DNA of 64,000 nucleotides from positions 12,859 to 76,858 of the IMG/VR virus record IMGVR_UViG_3300021964_000045; one strand, written 5' to 3'. Within the stretch, counting starts at the first letter, position 1, and every line of letters starts with the position of its first letter. The stretch is from a virus. Made by a program: the position numbers and the translations under genes. The notes beneath the pieces were generated by a model. That model was not told where the DNA came from and ran no database searches. It saw only the letters and a list, made by a program, of their open reading frames with translations. Shown here piece by piece: positions 10,281 through 19,500 of the stretch.

Positions 10281-12446
10281 ATGTTACCAATAAAAAACGG
10301 AAGCACTTCACCGTGCTCAAATATATCTTCAAACTGTGTTGTTTGGCAAGGTCCAGACATTCCTTGCATAGGTTTGTGTAGTGGAGACACGGTTAGTGAT
10401 GTTATTGCTAAGCTTGCAGAAAAATTATGTAATCTATTAGAAGCAGGTTCTCCTGATATAGATCTTTCAGGTTTAGATCTTGCTTGTGTATTACCGGAAG
10501 GTTCTAAGGCACCAGATGCATCACAAGATATTATACAACTTATTATTGATTATGTGTGTGATATTGAAACAGGTACCATAGCTGGAGAGGTGTCACCAAT
10601 AGAACTTTGTGATGAGTTAATTTATGAAGATCCTGCAACTGGATTAGACGTAACTGAGCTACCACTAGCTGATTATGCAGCACTTCTTGGTGCTAAAATT
10701 TGTGATATAATTGAGAGTATTGATGTTATTAAGTTAACTCTTTTAGATTATGAATCAAGAATTACAATATTAGAAGAGTGTGTTGGTTTACCTTGTACAG
10801 AGACTGTAGATGAAGTAAATGTTGTTTCATCTTGTATTATACCATCTGCTACAGTTCCTCACTCTACATTAACTTTAGCTTTAGAAACAAGATTTTGTAA
10901 TTTAGAAGAAGCTATAGGTAGCCCTGCAATTATAGTAAATGCTGTCAATACAGCAGGTTGTATCACAGGCTCTGATTCTACGCTATCTCAAACAAGTACA
11001 TATGGTAGTAATCCTGATTGGATTAATACACCAACAACTTTAACACATTCTGTTCAAAATGCTTGGGTTGTACTATGTGATATGTATGCAGCTATACAAG
11101 ATATACAACTGAACTGTTGTCCAGGTGGATGTGATTCTATTATGTTTGATTATTCAGCATCTGTCAATAATGATGGTGCTGGTGTAGCAACTAGTATTTC
11201 TTTATTATTTACAGGTACATCACTAAGCTCTGGTTTTAGTGATTGTGGTGGTTCTACCACAGTTACTTTGACTGATGTTAATGGTGCAACAAAAAGTTCT
11301 GTAGTAAGTGTAGCTGCTTTAGCAGGAACTACTACAGCTTCTGTAATACCAATTAGTCCTTTAAGTCCTTATGGGGATATAACAATTGAAGTTCCTTTTT
11401 GTGTAGAAGATGAAACAGATCAATGTAATGAAACTAAAATAATTACATTACCAATCGGAGTTGTATGTCCAACAGATATAGCAGCAGAAAATGTTACAGC
11501 AACTGATGTAACTGTAACATTTACAAATGTACTTGGTTCTGGAGCATCCTATGTAATAGAAATATTGAAAGATGGTTTAGTTGTTCAGACAAGAACTGTA
11601 AACTCTCCAGCAGGTTCTGTGGCGGAAGTCTTTACAAGCTTAGATCCTAATGATGGATACACTATTAGAGTAACAGCATCTATAAGTGGACAATCAAGTA
11701 CTTGTACAACTGTTTATTTTGTAACATTGACAGATGAACCTCCATGTGACTCTGGTATAGACCTGGCAATTATTATGGATTATACGGCTTCAATGTCATT
11801 ACAAATAACTAATGCAAAAAGTGGAGCTGCGTCTTTAGTATCAACAGTAGCTCTAGAATCAGGATCAAATGCTTATAGAATGGGTCTTGTAATTACTGAT
11901 GAAGTCCCTAATGGTGGTAATGTAACCTATTCAACTAATACAGAATATACATCATTACCAACTGCTCAAAAATATGTTAATACTGCAGGGACTCCTAATT
12001 CAGATATTTATATTACTGCAATGGAAATGTTTGGATCAAATAATGGATTTCAGTTCCAAACTCAATTAAGCAAATTAGATAATACACTACCTTTGGGTCT
12101 CGGTGTTAATGGAGCAGAACCAATGGATATAGCATTAGATTTAGTTATAAATAATAATTTCCTTGGTTCATTTAGAAATAATATTGCTAAATATATTGTG
12201 ATAATTACAGATGCCGAACCTAGTGGTACAGATGATGCCTATAATTCTCCAGGAGGAGATAATGATGATGCATTTATTGCAACTTTGGAAACATCTTGTA
12301 TTGCTCAAGGTATAAAAGTATTTGTATTGGGTACAGGTGCTAATAATCAAGTATATAAAGATCTTGCAACAAATACAGGTGGATCATGGAATACTTCATT
12401 TGGAAGTGATTCAATTCAATCTGCTATTGAAAATGCATGTGATTAA
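10281..12446 (+). CDS. Cys-rich virion protein with FN3-like and C-terminal vWA domain (721 aa)
   Basis: DLAIIMDYTASM (MIDAS-like), AEP, KYIVIITDA, LATNTGG; FN3-like TSLDPNDGYTIRV. Confidence 0.75.
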   Translation: MLPIKNGSTSPCSNISSNCVVWQGPDIPCIGLCSGDTVSDVIAKLAEKLCNLLEAGSPDIDLSGLDLACVLPEGSKAPDASQDIIQLIIDYVCDIETGTIAGEVSPIELCDELIYEDPATGLDVTELPLADYAALLGAKICDIIESIDVIKLTLLDYESRITILEECVGLPCTETVDEVNVVSSCIIPSATVPHSTLTLALETRFCNLEEAIGSPAIIVNAVNTAGCITGSDSTLSQTSTYGSNPDWINTPTTLTHSVQNAWVVLCDMYAAIQDIQLNCCPGGCDSIMFDYSASVNNDGAGVATSISLLFTGTSLSSGFSDCGGSTTVTLTDVNGATKSSVVSVAALAGTTTASVIPISPLSPYGDITIEVPFCVEDETDQCNETKIITLPIGVVCPTDIAAENVTATDVTVTFTNVLGSGASYVIEILKDGLVVQTRTVNSPAGSVAEVFTSLDPNDGYTIRVTASISGQSSTCTTVYFVTLTDEPPCDSGIDLAIIMDYTASMSLQITNAKSGAASLVSTVALESGSNAYRMGLVITDEVPNGGNVTYSTNTEYTSLPTAQKYVNTAGTPNSDIYITAMEMFGSNNGFQFQTQLSKLDNTLPLGLGVNGAEPMDIALDLVINNNFLGSFRNNIAKYIVIITDAEPSGTDDAYNSPGGDNDDAFIATLETSCIAQGIKVFVLGTGANNQVYKDLATNTGGSWNTSFGSDSIQSAIENACD

Positions 12447-12463
12447 GATAAAAAAATAAAAAA

Positions 12464-13024
12464 ATGAGTTGTAATTGTAATACATGTAAATCAAGTCCGT
12501 GTGGTTGTAAAGATCATAGTTTAACTACACCTTGTGGTTATACTGACTGTAGTCCAGGTAATGAAAGATGTGATGATGTACAGTGTACTGAATGTGTTTC
12601 ATATTGTGGATCTACATTTCAAGTTGAAACACCAGGTGGTATTTTAAAAATAAATACCGGTGAAAGGCTTGATATGATTATACAAAAATTTAGTTTAATG
12701 ATAGCTAATGGTTTAGGTGTTTGTACTGCAGATAATGTACATCATGCACCTTATAACGTTTATGCTGAAGATATTACAGATACAAGCATAACTGCAGTTT
12801 GGGGTGGTATATCTTCTTTAAGTACAGCATTTAATGTTTATTATGATACTGTGGTTAGTCCATCTGGTTGGGTTTTAGCTAACGCAACTCCATTGGCAAC
12901 AGCAATAGATGATTTTAACATTACTTTATTAGCACCAAGTACAGAATATAAAATTAAAATAGTATCCGTTTTAGGATCAACAACTTGTGATTCAGTTGAG
13001 ATTTTGGTTACTACAACAGCATAA
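12464..13024 (+). CDS. Cys-rich protein with C-terminal FN3-like domain (186 aa)
   Basis: N-terminal Cys cluster; APYNV...ITDTSITAVW...LAPSTEYKIKIVS. Confidence 0.7.
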   Translation: MSCNCNTCKSSPCGCKDHSLTTPCGYTDCSPGNERCDDVQCTECVSYCGSTFQVETPGGILKINTGERLDMIIQKFSLMIANGLGVCTADNVHHAPYNVYAEDITDTSITAVWGGISSLSTAFNVYYDTVVSPSGWVLANATPLATAIDDFNITLLAPSTEYKIKIVSVLGSTTCDSVEILVTTTA

Positions 13025-13069
13025 CAACAAGAAGTGGTGGTTTGTTGGTTTTCTACTACTAACGTTGGA

Positions 13070-13099
13070 GAGGGTCCCTACGGGGACCTTCTTTTTTTT
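13070..13099 (+). terminator. Rho-independent terminator with cUACGg tetraloop
   Basis: gagggtccc-tacg-gggaccttc followed by T8. Confidence 0.92.
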
Positions 13100-13115
13100 A
13101 TACAATAAATTTTAA

Positions 13116-13123
13116 TATATTTG
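13116..13123 (+). promoter_or_regulatory. Bacteroidota sigma-A type -7 element TATATTTG
   Basis: Matches TAnnTTTG; lies between a terminator and ATG at 13145. Confidence 0.55.
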
Positions 13124-13144
13124 GTAAACTTTTAAATATTTCTT

Positions 13145-14365
13145 ATGAGTAACTTAAAACAAAAAGTAAAAGATAGTTTAAGATGGAAAAAGCATCCAGC
13201 CATTAGTAGTGAAAGACTTGGTATAAGTGAAGAAGAATATATTAAGATAAAAAAACAAATTTTGCAAGAAAGAAAAAAAGATAAAAAGCAAAATAATTTT
13301 TTTAACAAACTATCTAAAAATTCAGAAATAACAGAGGCCATAAATCTAGATAAAGGTGAAGGTAAGATATCAGGAACCTTCAACCATGAACCAAAGAGCG
13401 CAGAAGAGATAATTAAGTTATTGAAGATAGATATAAACAAATGGAAACTATCTCAGTACTGGAATAAACAAATGGGTGATCATTGGAGAGTATCTGCTTT
13501 AGTATCTCAAGTTAAAAACTCTGAACAAAAGCTATTTGAAGATTTACTAAAAAACTGGGAACCTAAAACGTATAGAATACCTTCATCTAAAATTAGCAAA
13601 GGAAATAAAGAAACTGTATGTGGTGTTATGTCACTTCAAGATATTCATTTTGGTAAAGAAGGTAATGATACAATTGATAAAGATTTTGAAGATACTATTA
13701 TAAATTTAATGGAAAGAGCAACACCAGCTCATTACATTGAAAAAATGTATTTTGTTGTAGGAGGTGATTTAATCAACATGGATACTTTTGAGGGTACAAC
13801 TACAAGCGGTACAGGTTTAGATAACTGTATGCCTGCCACAGAGGCTTATATGCAAGCGTTTGATGCAATGCATTGGGCAATTAATTATATTAGTGCTTTT
13901 TGTAAAGAATTGGTTGTTGTCTATGTACCAGGAAATCATGATAGGCTTTCTTCATTTCATTTAGTTCATGCTTTATCTAAGTCCATAAAGTCAAGTAAAA
14001 TAACCTGGGATGTTAAATATGAAGAAAGAAAAGTGCATGTATATGGTAACAACTTTAATGCATTTGAACATGGTGATAAGAGAAGTAAAAATAATCCTTT
14101 AATATATGCCAGTGAGTACCCAAAGCAATGGGGAACTACAACTAACAGAACATTATTTAAGGGTCATATTCATACTGATAGACGAGTGGAATATATGACA
14201 TCAAATGAAACAGCTGGATTTATAGAAAAAACATTACCAAGTTTAGGTAAAACAGATTACTACCATTACTCAAATAAATATGTTTGTAATAGAAGATCAG
14301 GAAAATTAGAACTTCAACACCCGTTAATGGGTAATATCTGTGAATTAACATATCAGGCAATATAA
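13145..14365 (+). CDS. Calcineurin-like metallophosphoesterase (406 aa)
   Basis: All five motifs present: DIH, GGD, GNHD, EHGD, GHIH; N-terminal helical/HTH-like extension. Confidence 0.85.
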   Translation: MSNLKQKVKDSLRWKKHPAISSERLGISEEEYIKIKKQILQERKKDKKQNNFFNKLSKNSEITEAINLDKGEGKISGTFNHEPKSAEEIIKLLKIDINKWKLSQYWNKQMGDHWRVSALVSQVKNSEQKLFEDLLKNWEPKTYRIPSSKISKGNKETVCGVMSLQDIHFGKEGNDTIDKDFEDTIINLMERATPAHYIEKMYFVVGGDLINMDTFEGTTTSGTGLDNCMPATEAYMQAFDAMHWAINYISAFCKELVVVYVPGNHDRLSSFHLVHALSKSIKSSKITWDVKYEERKVHVYGNNFNAFEHGDKRSKNNPLIYASEYPKQWGTTTNRTLFKGHIHTDRRVEYMTSNETAGFIEKTLPSLGKTDYYHYSNKYVCNRRSGKLELQHPLMGNICELTYQAI

Positions 14366-14367
14366 AG

Positions 14368-14404
14368 AACAGCAACTTATACTTTCATAAGTGCTGTTTT
14401 TTTT
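14368..14404 (+). terminator. Rho-independent terminator
   Basis: aacagcaacttat-actttc-ataagtgctgtt plus T tract, which overlaps the next promoter motif. Confidence 0.7.
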
Positions 14405-14414
14405 GTAAATTAAT
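14401..14414 (+). promoter_or_regulatory. Putative phage promoter motif variant TTTTGTAAATTAAT
   Basis: One mismatch to the TTTGTATATTA core, just upstream of 14424. Confidence 0.5.
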
Positions 14415-14423
14415 AATATAAGT

Positions 14424-14990
14424 ATGATTAATAATTTTAATAAGCCTGACTTAAATGCCCCTAGATATAGGAGTAAAACGTTAGGTATACTAAATAAAGA
14501 AACATTTAAAGAATTTAAAGACAAGAGACCATTATACTCAAACATAGATGATGATAAGTTAAAAAATATTATTAAGCTATATAACAGAGCATTATGGAAA
14601 GGAGTAATAGAACATAGAGACGGTGTAGAGTTACCAGATTCATTAGGTTATATATTTATAGGAACATGTCCTCCGGCTAAGACTGTGAATATAGATTATT
14701 CTAAATCTAATGAATATGGTAAAGTTTTAAGAAATAAAAATTGGGATACGGACGGAAACATAGGAAAGATATTTTATACAAATTGGTCAACTAAATACAG
14801 ATTTAAAAACAGAGAACTTTGGTCTTTTGTTGCCTGTAGAGATTTTAAAAGATCAGTGGCTAAAGAATATCCTAAAAGTTGGACTAAGTATGTAAAGATG
14901 CAGAGCAAAATGAAAGTCTCTCATTTATATGATCCTAATTCAAATGATACTAAAGAAGCACTAAAGAACTATGATGAATTTGAAACATAA
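14424..14990 (+). CDS. IHF/HU-like DNA-binding protein (188 aa)
   Basis: Basic; helix followed by GVELPDSLGYIFI. Its position before ring and muzzle genes matches the conserved crAss-like block. Confidence 0.55.
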   Translation: MINNFNKPDLNAPRYRSKTLGILNKETFKEFKDKRPLYSNIDDDKLKNIIKLYNRALWKGVIEHRDGVELPDSLGYIFIGTCPPAKTVNIDYSKSNEYGKVLRNKNWDTDGNIGKIFYTNWSTKYRFKNRELWSFVACRDFKRSVAKEYPKSWTKYVKMQSKMKVSHLYDPNSNDTKEALKNYDEFET

Positions 14991-14995
14991 ACATC

Positions 14996-15667
14996 ATGAC
15001 AACTATAGGATCAGTAATATCAAGAATAAGAGGTCAAGTAAAAGCAGAAGTACAAGATGCTTTTGTAACTGACAGATATGTATATAGCTTAATACAAAAA
15101 TTTGCACAACTGTTAATTAGAAGGCAGGATAATGCAAATAAGCTTATGAAATTTAATGCTATATGGAAGACTCTTCCTTTTATAGAATTAATTGAAGTAG
15201 ATAAAGTAGAAGCAGCTTGTACTGGAATCCAATCAGGTTGTACAATTAAAAGAACTAAAAATAAGCTTCCTAATATGATGGAAGGTTATTGGGGTCCATT
15301 AATTAGAACTGTTAGCTCTATAGATGGCTCTAGAGAACTTAAAGCTACCCATCCGGGTACTTATACCTCCTTAACAAAAACAACTTCTTTTAGATACAAT
15401 AATCAAAAATATTTTTGGTATATGAATGGCTATTTATATTTACCAGATTTAGAATGGGATGCTGTAAAATTAGAAGGTGTTTTTGATGATGATATATCAG
15501 ATTGGCTGTGTGAAACCAAAGATGAATGTACGCCAAGATACAAGCAAGAAATAAATATTCCAGAATCATTATTTGCAGAGATAGAGCAGCAAGTTATGCA
15601 AGTTATGTCTAATACATTAAGAATACCATCTGAAGATTCTGATAACAAAATTAATTTACATAGATAA
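14996..15667 (+). CDS. Tail ring/tubular protein (223 aa)
   Basis: Size, YFWYMNGYLY motif and position upstream of the stabilization protein. Confidence 0.55.
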   Translation: MTTIGSVISRIRGQVKAEVQDAFVTDRYVYSLIQKFAQLLIRRQDNANKLMKFNAIWKTLPFIELIEVDKVEAACTGIQSGCTIKRTKNKLPNMMEGYWGPLIRTVSSIDGSRELKATHPGTYTSLTKTTSFRYNNQKYFWYMNGYLYLPDLEWDAVKLEGVFDDDISDWLCETKDECTPRYKQEINIPESLFAEIEQQVMQVMSNTLRIPSEDSDNKINLHR

Positions 15668-16548
15668 TGGCAATATCACACAAATACAGAACCTTTGATA
15701 GTTTAATGGAAGACGTTTCTATTGACTTTTCTTCTTATGCTTTAGAAGGCATGATTGACGCTGCACAACTTATTAAAGTAGCAACAAGAGTTAACTATGA
15801 TTTAGGTATAAGAATACATAGAACAAAACAAGTAGTTTTGGATGTAGAACACAATAAAGCTAGACTACCTCATGACTTTGCATATTTAAACTATGCATTT
15901 ATTTGTGGTGATTACAATGTTGAAGTAAGCATGCCATCAGGAACTCATATTGAAGATGTTGCTGTAGATTATGTACCTGATCCAGGTTTTACAGATTCAT
16001 GCAGTGATGGTACTTGCAATGATGTTTGTGTAATTCAGAATTGTCCTGACGGTAAAGAATATAAATTAATACATAAAGTAGCACCAAGTCAATATAGATC
16101 TTACACTGCTTTTTCACCGTTACGTATAACAAATGTCAATGATGCTACTTGTGACTGCCCTAATATAAATGTTAAATCAGAAATGATTGCTGAAATTAAA
16201 GATGGATTTTTAAAAACAAACTTTAAGACAGGAAAAGTATATCTAAATTTTCAAGGAGCAATGGAAGATAATGAAGGTAACTTATTAGTACTGGATCATC
16301 CTTATTGTAATGAGTATTATGAATACGCTTTAAAACAAAGAATACTTGAAAATATGATATTTGCAGGAGAACCTGTAGGTAATCAAATGGGGTTAATAGA
16401 ACAAAGGCTTAGAGCTGCAAGAAATAACGCTTTATCATTTGTTAATACTCCTGACTTTGCTGAATTAAAAAAGATGTGGTTGGTTAATAGAAAAGCTCAA
16501 TATCATAACTACTACAATATGTTTAAAAGTGGACCTACATTAAGATAA
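15667..16548 (+). CDS. Tail ring/tubular (gatekeeper-like) protein (293 aa)
   Basis: ARLPHDF; GFLKTNFKTGKVYLNFQG..D.EG; TAATG coupling to the previous gene. Confidence 0.6.
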   Translation: MAISHKYRTFDSLMEDVSIDFSSYALEGMIDAAQLIKVATRVNYDLGIRIHRTKQVVLDVEHNKARLPHDFAYLNYAFICGDYNVEVSMPSGTHIEDVAVDYVPDPGFTDSCSDGTCNDVCVIQNCPDGKEYKLIHKVAPSQYRSYTAFSPLRITNVNDATCDCPNINVKSEMIAEIKDGFLKTNFKTGKVYLNFQGAMEDNEGNLLVLDHPYCNEYYEYALKQRILENMIFAGEPVGNQMGLIEQRLRAARNNALSFVNTPDFAELKKMWLVNRKAQYHNYYNMFKSGPTLR

Positions 16549-16552
16549 TATT

Positions 16553-19500
16553 ATGGCAAAGAAAAGAAATACAAAAAAAGCCAGCAAACCTAATTTACAA
16601 AATACATCTAGTGTAGACATTAGAATATTTTTAAAAGGTATGGTTAAAGATCCTAATGCTTCTTTTCAACAAAAAGATACTTGGTCTCACGCACGTAATG
16701 CAATAAATAATTCTGTAGACGGAGATGTAGGTTTGTTAGGTAATGAACCAGCAAACGTAGCTTGTGGTAGAGCGCCTTATACTATTATAGGAGCAGTGCA
16801 TACTTATTCAGATCAATGGATTATTTATTCCACTGATAATGTTAATTCAGAAATTGGACTATTTGATGATAGCAAATGTGAATATACTACTTTAGTTAAT
16901 GATCCATGTTTAGCATTCAATCAACATCATTTAATAACAGGTGCAGCAAAAGAAAATTTTGATTGTACTTGGCAAGTATATTGGGATGATGGAAATAATC
17001 CATCCAGGACACTTAACATAGATGATATACCTTGGAAACAAATTGTTGTATCTAATCCAGGAGATCCTTGTGTTATATATGAAGATACCAATGATTTAGA
17101 TTGTGAAAAAATAAGACTTGCTCCTTTGTTAGATACGCCTTGCGTTAAGATAAAAAAGTCTGAAAGTGGTGGTCAGTTAAGAAATGGATCATACCAAGTC
17201 TTTATAGCTTATACTGTAAATGAACAAAAGGTAACTGATTATATTGGAGTATCTAATATTCAATCATTATTTGATCATGCAGGTACTTCTGGTTCATTAG
17301 CTATAAACGTTACTAATCTTGATAAAGAATTTGATTATTATGAGTTAGTAATACTAAGTAATAATCAAGAAAATACTGTTGCAAAAAAAATAGGATTATA
17401 TAGCACTGAGCAATCAGATATAGAAATAGATTATATTGATCAATCTTTAGTTACTGTACCTCTAGAATTTATACCTCTGCGTACACCTGCTTATGAAAAA
17501 TCAGATGCAATGTATGTTGTAAATGATTATTTAATAAGACAAGGACCTACAGAACAATTTGATTTTAACTACCAACCTCTTGCTAATAAAATAAAAACAA
17601 GATGGACTGTAGCTGAATACCCTGCTGACTACTATTATAAAAGTGGTAATAAAACAGGATTCATGCGTGATGAGCAATACGCTTTTTTTATAAGGTGGAT
17701 TTACAACACAGGTGAAAGATCAAGTTCATATCACATACCAGGTAGAGCACCAAGAACAAATGGAGTTAATCAATTTGGACAGACTGTTGATGAGACAGCA
17801 ATTAATGTTACACAAAATGCATTAAACGGTACAGAACAAAATTATCAAGTTTATAATACTGCTACTATAACTCAGCCTAGTTTAAGTATACCCACTGGTG
17901 ATGGAGGTACTATTATTGCAAAAGGGGATATGGCTTATTGGGAGTCAACTGAAAAATATCCAGCAACTAGACCAGATCTATGGAATACTTCTTCAAATCC
18001 TATATGGGGAGGTGGTAATCCAGATTATGATTTATGTGGCTTACCCATAAGACATCATAAAATGCCAACAGAAGAAATTGGATCTCAGTTAATGCTTTCT
18101 GGTCTAAATGCTGGTGGTGCTAATACAATAAGAATCCTTGGTGTTGAATTTTATGATATACAACCTCCTTTAGATAATGATGGTAATTTGATTACTAACA
18201 TAGTTGGTTATGAAATACTAAGAGGTTCAAGAGAAGGTCATAGATCTATTCTTGCAAAAGGTATATTTAGAAACATGAGAGTTTATGATATACCAGACGG
18301 TGGACAAACTCTTGGTAATGATAAAGGATTATATCCAAATTATCCATACAATGATTTAAGACCTGATATATTTTTTCATGATGGTAAGAAAAATGATCAA
18401 CACAGAACAGATGGTTGTGATAATTTTACTCAGTCTAAAAATAATTACAAGCCCTTAACAGGTTATAAAAAAGATTACTTTACATTTCATTCACCTGAAT
18501 TAATGTTTAGAAAGCCTTTTTTAAATGCTTATGAAACTAGAATATATGGTGAGTTAAATGGTGAGTCTGTTGGTAAATTTATAAAATCAGAAAATCACCC
18601 TCAAAATAAATTATTAAGAAATGGTGCTGCAATTGTTGCCGGGCTTTTTGGTATTGGTTATGCAGTCAGACAAGTTCAAGGAGAAACAACAAAAGAACAA
18701 CAAGCACTTCAAGGTTTTAATCCAATATATGCACCATGGTTTGTTGGTGGTCCAGGTTCTACAGGTGGTACTTTTACAGGTGGTTTTACTGCAGCAAGTG
18801 GTACGATACCACTAATGGCAGGTGGAAGTGCTATAGCTAATATCCTTGTTAATGAGCTTTTAAAAAATGCCGTAGATGTTAGTGATATATATACGGGTGG
18901 TCTTGTATCTGATTTAGTATTGGAAGGTAGAGGAGCAACTAGCTTTTTAGCTACTGCTGCTCCTGGTACAATGGGTGGTGGAGTGAATAGAGGTGTTACC
19001 TATACTAGCCCTGACTCTGCAATACCTAGTTTATTAGGTGTAGCTATGGGTCTTGTTATTGCTCAGAAAAATATTACAATAGGAGCTCAAGAACTTATTG
19101 ATTTAATGTATAACCTTGTTGCTGAAGATGATTTTGCATTTAAATATAATTCACATGGATTTTATAATTTTTTTAGAAAAAGATTATCTAATCAACTTTA
19201 TAGAACCAAAAATAAAAATGCTAATTATGTAAAAAGTTCATTTCAAGAATTTGAAGGTTTTAAAATAAATAATTTATTTAGACCAATGACAGTTGCAATT
19301 GCAACAGAAGATGAATTTGATAATCCTATTAAACTTGATAATTCTAGATATGCAATTGGTGGTGATGCTACTTCTGACTACTTAGATAATTTTTTAGAAA
19401 ATCCAGAGCAAGAACAAACAAGAAATATATCTGCCTTATATGGTGGTTTGAAATTTGAGTTTGAAAATCAGTATGGTCAATTGGATGGTATTAAACAAGT

